Source: an uncultured Chromatiaceae bacterium (lineage in GTDB: Bacteria; Pseudomonadota; Gammaproteobacteria; DRLM01). From it: a stretch of 64,000 nt of DNA. Shown piece by piece: positions 55,104 through 64,000 of this stretch. The position numbers and the translations under genes were made by a program. Position 1 is the first letter of the stretch. Each line of letters opens with the position of its first letter. The notes under the pieces were generated by a model that searched no databases, had not been told where the DNA came from, and saw only the letters and a list, made by a program, of their open reading frames with translations. Location of the stretch: NCBI GenBank assembly GCA_945787555.1, contig CALZJG010000155.1:24015-88014 (forward strand), read 5' to 3'.

Positions 55104-55985
55104 TCAGGCGGCGAGTTGTTCCACTAAGACATTCAGTTCTTCGGACACGCCCAGCAGTCGTTCGACTACCGTGGTGATTTGTTCTTCCGTCATGCCTAAG
55201 GTTTCTAGGGTGGTGCGCGGGAATTCCACGCTGTCTCCATCACCTAGACCATAGCGAGCCAAGGCGCGATCCGCTAGGAGCGTCAATTTTGCGTAGGTCG
55301 AATGTTTGCCATCATAGTCGGGGTAGTGATGCTCGCGCGTGGTGATGATGACCTCCTCGGGCATATCCCAGGCCTGCATCAGCCACGTGCCCAACAATTC
55401 GTGGCGCACGCCCAGCAATTGTAATTCGATTTCGCGTATCGCCGCACTGCTGCTTTGGGCGTAGACATGGTTGACGAAGGTGAATTCGGTCGGATGCAGA
55501 TGCCCCAGCAGCAAGAAACCGAAATTGTGCAACAGCCCGGCAAGGTACAATAAGCCCGCCTGCGGGCGTTGAGCTGCCGGCAGAGCGTTACCCAGATCCT
55601 GCACCAAGGTGGCGCTGTATACCGAATGCCGCCAAAAGGCTTCGCGGCCCAGCGGCCCGCCGGGCGGCATGTGCAGTTGTTGGCCGGCCGTCATACCCAC
55701 CGCCATGTGTAGACCCATGTCGAAACCCAGGACTTGAGTAAGGGCTTTTTGGATGGAATTGATTTTGCTCCCGTAGCCGAAGATGGACAGGCGCGCGTAG
55801 CGCATGATCTGGGCAGCTAAGCTGGGGTCGCGTTCCACCACCTCGGCGAGCATCTTGATGTCGGCATTGGCATTGTTGCGCAGGCGTAACAGGTCGCGGG
55901 CGATTTCCGGCATGGCCGGCAAATTATCGAGGCGTTCGATTTGCTGCTTGATATTTCTCGCGAATTCGCCCTTGTCACGAATCAT
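55104..55985 (-). CDS. Stand-alone HDOD domain protein
   Basis: LPAMP, DPSLAAQIMRYA, FWRHS, GLLHNFG, HELLG, HH. Confidence 0.88.
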   Translation of the reverse strand: MIRDKGEFARNIKQQIERLDNLPAMPEIARDLLRLRNNANADIKMLAEVVERDPSLAAQIMRYARLSIFGYGSKINSIQKALTQVLGFDMGLHMAVGMTAGQQLHMPPGGPLGREAFWRHSVYSATLVQDLGNALPAAQRPQAGLLYLAGLLHNFGFLLLGHLHPTEFTFVNHVYAQSSSAAIREIELQLLGVRHELLGTWLMQAWDMPEEVIITTREHHYPDYDGKHSTYAKLTLLADRALARYGLGDGDSVEFPRTTLETLGMTEEQITTVVERLLGVSEELNVLVEQLAA

Positions 55986-55999
55986 GCTGTGTACTCCTG

Positions 56000-56020
56000 A
56001 GGCGGTAGGCGGTAGGCGGT
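56000..56020 (+). repeat. (AGGCGGT)x3 heptamer tandem repeat
   Basis: Three exact copies immediately upstream of the HDOD gene RBS. Confidence 0.85.
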
Positions 56021-56247
56021 AGCGGGGCGACTAGCCATGTCTTGATGCCATGTAATGAGATTCACGCCTTTACTCCCTTATCCCTAGGAGGCCTAGGAAT
56101 GTTATAGACATCGGCAGTATTGGGGCACACTTGAGTATTGGTATATAGAAATGCTTTGAAATAGCGAGGGGTAAGTTGGCACCTGTCGCATGGTCGTTGC
56201 GTTAGCTACGAAAGGGGCTACGGGCGTGGGTTGGCTTGAAGCTCTGC

Positions 56248-56613
56248 TCAGCCACCCGTGGCATCACTCTTATAGGAGACATTGACGTGATCAGTGGAGG
56301 GGGGTTGTCCCTTGCGCAGCGACAGCGCGATATGATCCAAGCGCCGCAGATTGGCGAGCCCCAGTTTGCCGACGCCGACGCCGATGTCGACGATAGTGCG
56401 CGCCACATGGGGCACGCGTATTACGAAATACACCAAGCCTGCTACGATCAGTGCGGCAAATAATGTAGATAGGATGGACCCACCTAGGCCGGCGGTGATA
56501 TTGACCCACAGGGAGAAGACCAGCATCGTGATGCCGCCGAACCAGAGGGCGGTGGCGAAGGTGAAAAACAACGCCACTACTAATTGTAAACATCGCACAA
56601 CGCCAGCTGCCAT
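56248..56613 (-). CDS. Hypothetical membrane protein
   Basis: Two long hydrophobic segments; GGAG RBS. Confidence 0.55.
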   Translation of the reverse strand: MAAGVVRCLQLVVALFFTFATALWFGGITMLVFSLWVNITAGLGGSILSTLFAALIVAGLVYFVIRVPHVARTIVDIGVGVGKLGLANLRRLDHIALSLRKGQPPSTDHVNVSYKSDATGG

Positions 56614-56693
56614 GGTCGGTCTCCCTCCTCAATGGATAAAGTATAAATTTAGTGTAGTGCAAGCTTTCTCGGTTCGGCAACCCTGTTGATGAT

Positions 56694-57572
56694 TTAATGT
56701 TGCGTGCTTGAGGGAATGTCTATGATGGCGGCGGCGTAGAGCTGCTCGATGTCGACGCGATCGAAGCGATAACCTTGATTGCAAAACTCGCAGTCCACGG
56801 TGATAGCGCCTTGCTCTTCGAGTAGTGGCAAGATTTCGTCGGGACCCAGCGCGCGCAGCGTGGTGATGACTTTTTCGCGCGAACAGGAGCAGCGAAAACT
56901 CACCGGATCGCGCTCGAAGAGCCGAATATCTTCCTCGTGGAACAAGCGCTGGAGGAGATCGTTCGGTGTCAGTGTCAGCAATTCTTCAGTGGTGACGGTC
57001 TGCGCCAAGTGCTCGGCGCGATTCCAAGCATCGATGTCATTATCGTCGCCACGACCTGGCAGGCGTTGCAAAAGCAGGCCGGCCGCGTTGTTGGCATCGA
57101 CCGCCAACCACAGGCGGGCGGCCAGGCCCTCACTGCGTTGCAGATAACTCTCGATCACGCCCGCCAGAGAGTCGGCCTCCAAGGCGGCTATACCCTGATA
57201 GCGATGTTCCCCGGTGCCGGGGTCGAGAGTGATGATGAGTCGGCCGTCTGGCGCCAAGGCGGGGAGGCTTGTTGAGGTGATCTCATCGTTCCAACGCGCG
57301 GTAGCGCGGAGGGTGAGCGTGCTGGTGCACTCCACCACCGCAAGTAACAACGGCCCTGAACTTTGGATTTGCAGGATCAACGAACCTTGATAGCGCAAGG
57401 TGGCGGAGAGCAGTGCAGTGGCGGCCATCATCTGGCCCAGCAGCTCGTGCACCGGCGGCACGAAAACATGACGCTCCACCACGGCGCGCCAAGTCGCATC
57501 GAGTTTAACAATCTCGCCGCGGATGGCCTTACCCTCGAGTGCAAATCGTTGCAGGGTGTCGCTGCCGCTCAT
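56694..57572 (-). CDS. hslO: Hsp33 redox-regulated chaperone
   Basis: D.LQRF....IRGE.V, YQGI, YLQRSE, FRCSCS, DCEFC. Confidence 0.95.
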   Translation of the reverse strand: MSGSDTLQRFALEGKAIRGEIVKLDATWRAVVERHVFVPPVHELLGQMMAATALLSATLRYQGSLILQIQSSGPLLLAVVECTSTLTLRATARWNDEITSTSLPALAPDGRLIITLDPGTGEHRYQGIAALEADSLAGVIESYLQRSEGLAARLWLAVDANNAAGLLLQRLPGRGDDNDIDAWNRAEHLAQTVTTEELLTLTPNDLLQRLFHEEDIRLFERDPVSFRCSCSREKVITTLRALGPDEILPLLEEQGAITVDCEFCNQGYRFDRVDIEQLYAAAIIDIPSSTQH

Positions 57573-57651
57573 GTTATGTGCTGTGATTCTGCGTCGCTTC
57601 TGGTCAGCATACGCGCCGTCGCATGATCAGACCAGTTGTAGGTGAGAGCGC

Positions 57652-59625
57652 CTATCCCTGAGGGGTCGTGCGGTTGGCGATGTCGGCCGGTTGGGTGCGC
57701 GGTGCTTGCACCGGCGGCATGCGCGTCATGAGCGGTGTGTGTTTGCGCCCCAATCGATAGTCATACACGGCGGTGTAAGCCAATACTTGCAGCAGATAAT
57801 TGCGGGTTTCCTGGTACGGTACGGTTTCGATCCACAGATCGGCATCTTGCGGGCTGTTCGTCGGCAGCCATTTTTCAACGCGCGCGTGGCCAGCGTTGTA
57901 GGCGGCGGTGGCCAGCACTTTGTGATCATTGAAGCGATCGAGCACTTGCCGTAAGTGCGTGATACCCAGCCGTATATTGGTGTCGGCGTTGAATAATTCA
58001 TCGTTGCGACGCAAGCGCGTGGCGGCCGCGCGAGCCGCGTCGCGCGCAGTGCCGGGCATCAACTGCATCAAGCCCATGGCGCCGGCGCGCGAGCGTGCAT
58101 CGGCCATGAAAGCGCTTTCCTGGCGCATCACCGCATAGGCCCAAGCTGGGTCGACTTGTTGGCGGGTGGCATTGCTCAAGACATGCGATTCATAGGGCGT
58201 GGGGAAACGCAGTTCCAAGTCATTGTCGTAAGCGGTGTTGGCTACGGTGAGAATGGCGCGATCATGCCAGTCCCAGCTGTCGGCGAGCTTGGCGGCCCGC
58301 GCCAATTGCTCCTCGCTGAGGTTGTGGGTGACGAGATTCCACTCGCTGCGTGCCGCGCTCATGCGCCCGAGCCGGAATAGTTCATGAGCGCGCTGCACGG
58401 CGGGAATTTCGCCGAGCTCCTGTTGCTCGCGTCGCCCCAAGGACAGCGGGTTGTCGTGAAACGTGTAACGCAGATCCAAACGGTCGGCGGCGAGAAATCC
58501 GTAGTAGTGGCGTTTACGCGCCAATTGCTCATAGGTCTCGCGTGCATCGTCGATGCCCAGTTGCTCCAAGGTGCGGGCCCGCCAATACTGCCAGCGTGGG
58601 CTATGGCGCTCCTCGCTGGTGAGGTGTTCGATCCAGGTAATCGCTCCTTCCCAATCATTCAGGGCCAGTGAATTGCGTACACGCCATTCGCGGATGGTGT
58701 CGTCGCTGTGTTCACTAGACAAAGAGGCTAGGCGTTCTGTGGCATGAGGGGCGCCGCGCAATGCCAGGGTAAGGGCGATGCGTCGTTCGATGGCGTGGAT
58801 TTCGGCGGCGGAAAACCTGTAGTGTGTATTGATGCGTTGCCAGAGTGCCTCGCCAGCGGCGGCATCACGGCGAATGGCGCGATTGACACCGAATAGAATG
58901 ATTTCACGCGCGCGCGGATCATCGGTGCGCAAGACGGCTTGGGATTCTAGCGCGGCAGGGTCTTGCACCACGGCTATCCATGCCTGGCGCCAAACTTGCT
59001 GCTCAGGGCTGAGTTGGCGGCCCAAATAAGCGGCCAGACGCGTGTTGCGGGTGTTCATTGCCAGCGCGTAGCGTTGCCACAGTAGCGGCTGTGTCAGTCC
59101 ACCCGCCTCGCGCCAGGCTTCGAACAGTGGATCGCAAGCCTCGGGTTGCGAATGACCCACCAGCCATAAATTCTTTACTTCACGTAGCACGGCATCGCGT
59201 TGTCCGAGTTGGTGACGCGCCCACAGGGAGTGACATTGCAGTGCCGTGTTGCGCTGTGGCTGGTAATAGGCAAGATAGGTTTTCCAATGCCCATTACGCG
59301 CCGAATGGCGCAGCCAGGCGCGACGCAGACGCGGCGCCAGGGGGGTGTCAGCATAAGTCGTGAGGAAGGCGTCGATCTCTGCGTCGGTCGCGGTGGAGAG
59401 CGTGCGCAGCAACGCGGCATATTGCAGATAAGGCAGCAGAGGGTAGTGTTTGAGTTCGCTCAGCAAACTGCGAAACTGTTCGTTCTGGTGTCGCTGCAGC
59501 GCCGTTTCGGCGGCGAGGAATTGTTGACGTTGCGCGGAGTAGTCGGGGAGTGCGGCGCAGCTAGCGGCAAATAGTGCTAGCGCGCAGCCGATGCTGACAG
59601 AGAATCTCTGCGTATGGGTCCACAT
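57652..59625 (-). CDS. slt: Soluble lytic murein transglycosylase Slt70-like
   Basis: YPLLPYL, RQESAF, SRAGAMGLMQLMPGTA, AAYNAG..RV, IETVPYQETRNY. Confidence 0.93.
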   Translation of the reverse strand: MWTHTQRFSVSIGCALALFAASCAALPDYSAQRQQFLAAETALQRHQNEQFRSLLSELKHYPLLPYLQYAALLRTLSTATDAEIDAFLTTYADTPLAPRLRRAWLRHSARNGHWKTYLAYYQPQRNTALQCHSLWARHQLGQRDAVLREVKNLWLVGHSQPEACDPLFEAWREAGGLTQPLLWQRYALAMNTRNTRLAAYLGRQLSPEQQVWRQAWIAVVQDPAALESQAVLRTDDPRAREIILFGVNRAIRRDAAAGEALWQRINTHYRFSAAEIHAIERRIALTLALRGAPHATERLASLSSEHSDDTIREWRVRNSLALNDWEGAITWIEHLTSEERHSPRWQYWRARTLEQLGIDDARETYEQLARKRHYYGFLAADRLDLRYTFHDNPLSLGRREQQELGEIPAVQRAHELFRLGRMSAARSEWNLVTHNLSEEQLARAAKLADSWDWHDRAILTVANTAYDNDLELRFPTPYESHVLSNATRQQVDPAWAYAVMRQESAFMADARSRAGAMGLMQLMPGTARDAARAAATRLRRNDELFNADTNIRLGITHLRQVLDRFNDHKVLATAAYNAGHARVEKWLPTNSPQDADLWIETVPYQETRNYLLQVLAYTAVYDYRLGRKHTPLMTRMPPVQAPRTQPADIANRTTPQG

Positions 59626-59720
59626 GTACTACATCACTTCTGATGGTAGGCAGGGTGATTGCCGCTGCGCTTCGACCACACTTCATTGTCGCAAGAAGTA
59701 GCGGGCCAGACAATGCTCAT

Positions 59721-59743
59721 CACGCCGGCGCCGCGCCGGCGTG
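59721..59743. terminator. Perfect 10-bp hairpin between the iscR-like gene and slt
   Basis: CACGCCGGCG-ccg-CGCCGGCGTG. Confidence 0.5.
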
Positions 59744-59759
59744 TGTGAGTGCGCTAGGG

Positions 59760-60251
59760 TCAAGAAGCTTCTTTGGTACGCGTCGTTTGGTGGCGCGCCA
59801 TGCCGCGCCGGAAATGCACCGTGTCTTGGCGGCGTATCACGTCTTGCACCGTGGGGCGCTCGGCGAACTGCGCCAGGGTGATCCCGCTGAGGAAACCTTC
59901 GATCTGATTACTCAGGTCGGCCCACAGCTCATGCGTGAGGCAGCGGTCGCCTTTTTGGCAATTTTGTTGTCCGTCGCACAGTGTCGCATCCATGTTTTCG
60001 TTCACGGCGCTGATGATGTCGGCCACGGTGATTTCACCGGCAGGGCGTGCCAGACGATAGCCGCCGCGAGGTCCGCGCATGCCGGAAATTAGACCGCCGC
60101 GCCGTAGCTTGGCAAAGATCTGCTCGAGGTAGGACAAAGAGATACCTTGGCACACGGAAATATCCGCTAGGGTAACGGGGCCGTGTTCTTCGTGGATGGC
60201 CAAGTCCATCATGGCGGTGACCGCATAGCGGCCTTTAGTGGAAAGTTTCAT
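59760..60251 (-). CDS. iscR: IscR-like Rrf2 transcriptional regulator
   Basis: MKLSTKGRYAVTAMMDLA, ISLSYLEQIFAKLR, RGPRGGY, and C-x5-C-x5-C-x2-H Fe-S ligands (LCDGQQNCQKGDRCLTH). Confidence 0.85.
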   Translation of the reverse strand: MKLSTKGRYAVTAMMDLAIHEEHGPVTLADISVCQGISLSYLEQIFAKLRRGGLISGMRGPRGGYRLARPAGEITVADIISAVNENMDATLCDGQQNCQKGDRCLTHELWADLSNQIEGFLSGITLAQFAERPTVQDVIRRQDTVHFRRGMARHQTTRTKEAS

Positions 60252-60281
60252 AACACTGTCCTTCGGTTGGGGGAGGATCAA

Positions 60282-60351
60282 GATTCCGAGTAATCCAATC
60301 GGATATTGGTAAATGTAATTGATACATAACTTGAATGGCCTTATCAAGAAA
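60282..60351 (-). promoter_or_regulatory. Two tandem IscR type-1-like operator sites
   Basis: Minus strand ATATCCGATTGGATTACTCGGAATC (60306-60282) and TTTCTTGATAAGGCCATTCAAGTTA (60351-60327) resemble ATASYYGACTRWWWYAGTCRRSTAT. Confidence 0.5.
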
Positions 60352-60672
60352 GGAAATGTTAATAACTGCAAATTATAAGGTTACAAACTTTATGTATATT
60401 GTTACTATTTTCTTAAAAATTTAAACAAATCGGAGAGTTACACTTTTACTTCGACTCTCGCGCTGGGGCAGGCCTGGCCGATGATGTGCAGCGAGCTCTT
60501 CGGTGCCAGCCCAGAATTACGTTACACTCCAAGCCCAGCCTAATGGTGAACCAGAGAGCCAGGGGCTGCTACGCAAGCGTGAATCTCATCGCGGAACTAG
60601 AATGAGGGTGTAACGGCCGCGGGCGCACCCGGGTGGGAGCGTGCCTATGTTCCCCGAGGCGGAGGCGTACCC

Positions 60673-61074
60673 GTGCGCGACTACTATGGCGACTTGGCGA
60701 CGGGCGTTGCCGTGCTCCATGCCGCCTTCGTACTGTTCGTGGTCGGCGGCTTGGCGTTGATCTTGGCCGGCTGGTCGCGGGGTTGGGAGTGGACTCGGGG
60801 ACGGGTATTTCGCGCCGTGCATGTGTTGGCCATCGGCCTGGTGGTCACGGAAGTGTGGTTCGGGGTGCCGTGCCCACTCACCGTGTTGGAAAATCACTGG
60901 CGCGCCCTTGCCGCGCAAGTGGGCTATCCCCACGGGCAAGGTTTTGTGGCCCACTGGGTGGGACGGCTGTTGTACTACGATGCGCCGGCTTGGCTGTTCG
61001 GGGTGGTATATACGGTTTTTTTTCTGCTGGTGCTGGGGATGCTGAAATGGCATCCGCCGCGCTGGCGCAGGTAA
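60673..61074 (+). CDS. DUF2784 family membrane protein
   Basis: LH.AFVLFVVGG, R.VH, CPLT.LE..WR, GFV.HW...LLY. Confidence 0.85.
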   Translation: MRDYYGDLATGVAVLHAAFVLFVVGGLALILAGWSRGWEWTRGRVFRAVHVLAIGLVVTEVWFGVPCPLTVLENHWRALAAQVGYPHGQGFVAHWVGRLLYYDAPAWLFGVVYTVFFLLVLGMLKWHPPRWRR

Positions 61075-61087
61075 CTGGAGAGTGACT

Positions 61088-61825
61088 ATGAATAAAATAA
61101 TGATGACTTTGGCGATCTCGGCGTTGGGTTTGGTGATCGGGGCTTGCGGCAAGCAGGAAGAACAGTCGGTGCAATCGCCGCCGCCTGCCCCCACCGCGCA
61201 GCTCGAGGTGCCCGCCGCAGCGGCGCCTGAACCGATGGCGGATGCTCTGGAGACGGTGGTTGAAGAAGCGGAGGTCATGATAGAAGAGGTCTCCGAGATG
61301 GTAGATGAGACCGTAGAAAGCGTGGCGGAACAGGCAGAGGCGGTGAAGCAGGCGGTGGCCGAGCAGACCGACCAGGCAGTGGAAGGCGCCGTGGAGAAGG
61401 CGGCAGCCGTGCAGCAAGCCGCGGTTGCGAAGGTGCAAGACACGGCGAAGATGGGCGAGGCTGTCGTGGCCGACGCCACGCAGGCCGCAAAGACGACAGT
61501 GGCTCAAGTCGCTGAGAAAGTGACCTCAACGGCGGCGGTGACGACCACCGCCTTATCTCAGGAAGATGCCTTGAATCTGGCCAACCGCAGTGGCTGCTTG
61601 GCTTGTCATCAAGTGGACAAGAAAGTAGTAGGGCCGGCGTGGGCGGATGTAGCTGCGCGTTATCGCGGCGATGCCAGTGTGCGCGACAAGTTGGTCGCCA
61701 AAGTCAGTGCAGGCGGCAAGGGTAACTGGACTGATGTTACCGGCGGCGTGCCGATGCCGCCTTATTCTCCACGGGTGGCGGATGCTGATATCGAGAAGCT
61801 TGTAGATTTCATTCTGTCGCTCTAA
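61088..61825 (+). CDS. Lipoprotein cytochrome c with long acidic Ala/Val/Glu linker
   Basis: Lipobox VIGA-C; ~135-aa low-complexity linker; C-terminal CLACH...PMPP haem domain. Confidence 0.88.
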   Translation: MNKIMMTLAISALGLVIGACGKQEEQSVQSPPPAPTAQLEVPAAAAPEPMADALETVVEEAEVMIEEVSEMVDETVESVAEQAEAVKQAVAEQTDQAVEGAVEKAAAVQQAAVAKVQDTAKMGEAVVADATQAAKTTVAQVAEKVTSTAAVTTTALSQEDALNLANRSGCLACHQVDKKVVGPAWADVAARYRGDASVRDKLVAKVSAGGKGNWTDVTGGVPMPPYSPRVADADIEKLVDFILSL

Positions 61826-61826
61826 G

Positions 61827-61877
61827 ACGGACTCCCGCGCGACGTGGATGCTGGCGTCGCGCGGGGGTGCAGTCCGT
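61827..61877. terminator. Hairpin between convergent genes
   Basis: CCCGCGCGACG/CGTCGCGCGGG inner arms and ACGGACT/AGTCCGT outer arms. Confidence 0.65.
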
Positions 61878-61891
61878 TACAGCTGGCGTAA

Positions 61892-62029
61892 TTACTTGGA
61901 CTCTTCGTGGGGTTCCTCGGGGTCTTCCTCGCGAGCTTGTCCGCGATAGATTTGCACCGTCAAATACAACATCAAGCCTAAGGCGGTGATCCCGACGATC
62001 GTGACCATGGCGGTGATGACACTTTGCAT
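61892..62029 (-). CDS. 45-aa single-pass membrane protein (not in ORF track)
   Basis: AAGGAG RBS; MQSVITAMVTIVGITALGLMLYLTVQIYRGQAREEDPEEPHEESK-stop. Confidence 0.65.
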   Translation of the reverse strand: MQSVITAMVTIVGITALGLMLYLTVQIYRGQAREEDPEEPHEESK

Positions 62030-62127
62030 GTGACTTCACTCCTTGAGTTAACAGCAGCTGGGTTATACCGCCCATGAGGGGCGGCGGGATCATCATAGCA
62101 TCGAGCGCTGCCGTCGCGGCAAGCATC

Positions 62128-62655
62128 TCATATGTTCGTGGTGAGGGCAGTCTCGGCCCGTAGCAAGCCGATGAGGCTTTTCGCGTCGCTGAGGGTGCCA
62201 TCCCGGGTCCATGCCAGGGCTTGCTCATAGGCTATCCAGTGACATTCCAATACTTCGTGTGCCTCGTGGCGGGTGGGCACAGCTGTCAGGTCGCGGGCCA
62301 GGAACAGATGTATCACTTCATCGCAAAAGCCCGGCGTGGTGTGGATGCTGCCCAGCGCGTGCCAGGCGGCGGCGCGCACTCCCGCTTCTTCCTCCAGCTC
62401 GCGGCGCGCGGTGGACAGGGGGGCTTCGCCCTGGTCACGTTTGCCCGCCGGCAGCTCCCACAACCAACCTCCGGCAGCATGCCGGTATTGCCGCAGCATG
62501 CACACGCGTTGTTGGGTATCGATAGCGACCACGGCCGCCCCCCCCGGATGGCGTACCACTTCTAGGTCGATGCGCCGACCATTGGGCAGGACGGCACTCT
62601 CGATACCGAGATCGACTACGCTACCGCTATAGATTAGTTTACGTGTCTGGTTCAT
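62128..62655 (-). CDS. NUDIX hydrolase (ADP-ribose pyrophosphatase-like)
   Basis: HPGGAAVV, RQYRH, WELPAGK.D.GE....ARRELEEEAG, TPGFCDE, DAKS. Confidence 0.9.
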   Translation of the reverse strand: MNQTRKLIYSGSVVDLGIESAVLPNGRRIDLEVVRHPGGAAVVAIDTQQRVCMLRQYRHAAGGWLWELPAGKRDQGEAPLSTARRELEEEAGVRAAAWHALGSIHTTPGFCDEVIHLFLARDLTAVPTRHEAHEVLECHWIAYEQALAWTRDGTLSDAKSLIGLLRAETALTTNI

Positions 62656-62701
62656 GGGTCGTCGCGCGTTTAATGCACGGTAGCCGCGCCGCTGCACGGG
62701 G

Positions 62702-63868
62702 TCAATCCTTGCGCGTTGTGAGCAGCTGATACAGGTGCGCAGCGGCTTGCTGCGCACCGCGCGGCGCGGGTGCGGGTGGTGGTGTCTGTGACAATAACTG
62801 GCGCAATTTGGCGGCGATGGCCTCATCGACACTGGCCTTGCCGGCTATCACCTCGTTCGTACTGGCCTCGCCGGTTATCACCTCGCTGTGCAGCGTGTTG
62901 GCGTGCGCCGACCTCCGGTTCAGCGTGATGGGTAGGCAGCGGCCGTGTTGTTGTAGCCAACTCTCTAAGTAGGGGGTTTCGGGCCAATCGTCGCGCGGCC
63001 AATACAACACGGGAGTTCGATTGCAGGCCGCTTCCGTAAAATTGCCGTAGCCCGGCTTGGTGAGCAACACATCTGATGAGCACAACACGTCCATGTAGTG
63101 CATGCCCAGACTTTCGAAAGTGATCATGTCAACGCGGGTGGCGCCCCACGCGGCAGGCACGATCCAGCGCAACTGGTCGTGCCTCGGCCATCTGTCGGGA
63201 TCGAAGTAGGTGGAAATGCCGCCCAGCGAGACCAGGATCAATGTTTGGTCGTCGCGTGCCTGACAACGTGTGCGCAATGCAGCGCGTTGCGCATGCCCGA
63301 TGCGCGCGATGGGTGCAATGACGCGACCTTGCGGCAGCCAGTCCATCGGCATGCTGGGCGTGGGTTGCAAGAAGGTGGTGGTGGTCGCATAGGCCTCACG
63401 CATTTGATTGAGGAGGCTCGCCGCTGCGGGTCGCTCGCCGCAGTAGTGTTGATAGATGTCTGCCCAGTTGAGCGAACACAGCGTCACCGTGGGGATGCCG
63501 ACGCGTGCCGCGCCCGCCAGGGTGCAATACGGCACATTGGCGAGTACCAGGTCGGGCTGTAACGTGGCGAGGCGGCGCGCTTCTGCGTCCACGGCGGGCG
63601 ACCAGTCAGCGTGAAATCGTCTATAGGCGCGCGCAGTGGCCTCGACATCCACGCTTAACGCGTCATGCATGATCATGCCCACGTCGGTGTCTATAGCGAT
63701 CAGCTCGAAGTCGCCGTCTAATCGTTGCGCCAGCACGTTCGGCGCCAGGGTGGTGCACAGCGTCAGGCGCAGATCGGGCAAGCGCGCGCGGAGCGCATTG
63801 AGCACCGGCGCAGTTTGCGCCCAGTGGCCGTAGCCATGCGAGGACAGCGCGACGAGCAGATGAGGCAT
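62702..63868 (-). CDS. GT-B fold glycosyltransferase-like protein
   Basis: SSHGYGH, LVSLGG, DVLLTKPGYG..TEA. Confidence 0.75.
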   Translation of the reverse strand: MPHLLVALSSHGYGHWAQTAPVLNALRARLPDLRLTLCTTLAPNVLAQRLDGDFELIAIDTDVGMIMHDALSVDVEATARAYRRFHADWSPAVDAEARRLATLQPDLVLANVPYCTLAGAARVGIPTVTLCSLNWADIYQHYCGERPAAASLLNQMREAYATTTTFLQPTPSMPMDWLPQGRVIAPIARIGHAQRAALRTRCQARDDQTLILVSLGGISTYFDPDRWPRHDQLRWIVPAAWGATRVDMITFESLGMHYMDVLCSSDVLLTKPGYGNFTEAACNRTPVLYWPRDDWPETPYLESWLQQHGRCLPITLNRRSAHANTLHSEVITGEASTNEVIAGKASVDEAIAAKLRQLLSQTPPPAPAPRGAQQAAAHLYQLLTTRKD

Positions 63869-63896
63869 GGGGCGGCTTAGCCCGTGTCCGACTGCA

Positions 63897-64000
63897 TTAT
63901 TGCAGCCACGCGTACCACAACGGCAGGGTCAGCAAGCTCAGTGCCGTGGATAGCGTCACGGTAGTCGCATACAAACCCGTGTCCAGACCGTAGCGGTCAC
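63897..64000 (-). CDS. C-terminus of an AEC (auxin efflux carrier) family transporter (partial)
   Basis: DRYGLDTGLYATTVTLSTALSLLTLPLWYAWLQ-stop. Confidence 0.75.
   Translation of the reverse strand, partial: DRYGLDTGLYATTVTLSTALSLLTLPLWYAWLQ

Noticed and set aside
56177-56191. sigma54 promoter TGGCACCTGTCGCAT
   Set aside because: GG-GC spacing is 8 nt, not the required 10.
12917-57572. Split hslR and hslO as a novelty
   Set aside because: Adjacent in E. coli, but their separation alone says nothing about function.
1-64000. CRISPR arrays, tRNA/rRNA genes, IS elements, retron/DGR reverse transcriptases
   Set aside because: No spaced direct-repeat arrays, cloverleaf or rRNA signatures, or transposase/RT motifs were seen by eye.

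Overview
A GC-rich (about 60%) chromosomal window, most likely from an environmental gammaproteobacterium (inferred from gene content). It holds about 65 CDSs. Housekeeping genes include gpsA, murU, moeB, rocF/rocD, hslR, apaG, grxC, arsC, folE, moeA-like, slyX, rsmJ, purT, hslO, slt and an iscR-like gene. Signalling genes are dense: two HDOD proteins, a PilZ protein, an MCP-PilZ fusion, a GAF-GspE/PilB ATPase, DUF1631 and a PhoPQ-like pair. I found no tRNA, rRNA, CRISPR array, integrase or transposase. Best signal: an unannotated ~158-nt structured small RNA on the minus strand at ~29338-29495. It has a correctly spaced sigma54 promoter, a perfect IHF site, three abutting hairpins, a single-stranded region with two anti-Shine-Dalgarno CUCCUU motifs, and an intrinsic terminator that no CDS explains. 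Other highlights: (1) an ExeA-like ATPase / outer-membrane barrel / ~1000-aa Ig-rich lipoprotein cluster, whose lipoprotein carries a low-GC, Cys-bracketed insert; (2) an orphan XRE repressor / CsrA-like divergent switch; (3) a transglutaminase-amidoligase / ATP-grasp-alphaE operon preceded by two decayed genes; (4) a lipid-anchored cytochrome c on a long tether with a 78%-identical soluble paralog; (5) a chemoreceptor with an intact C-terminal PilZ; (6) a 45-aa membrane protein missed by the ORF track; (7) two HDOD paralogs both ending in the ClpXP-type -LAA motif. All family assignments come from motif recognition; no database search was run.
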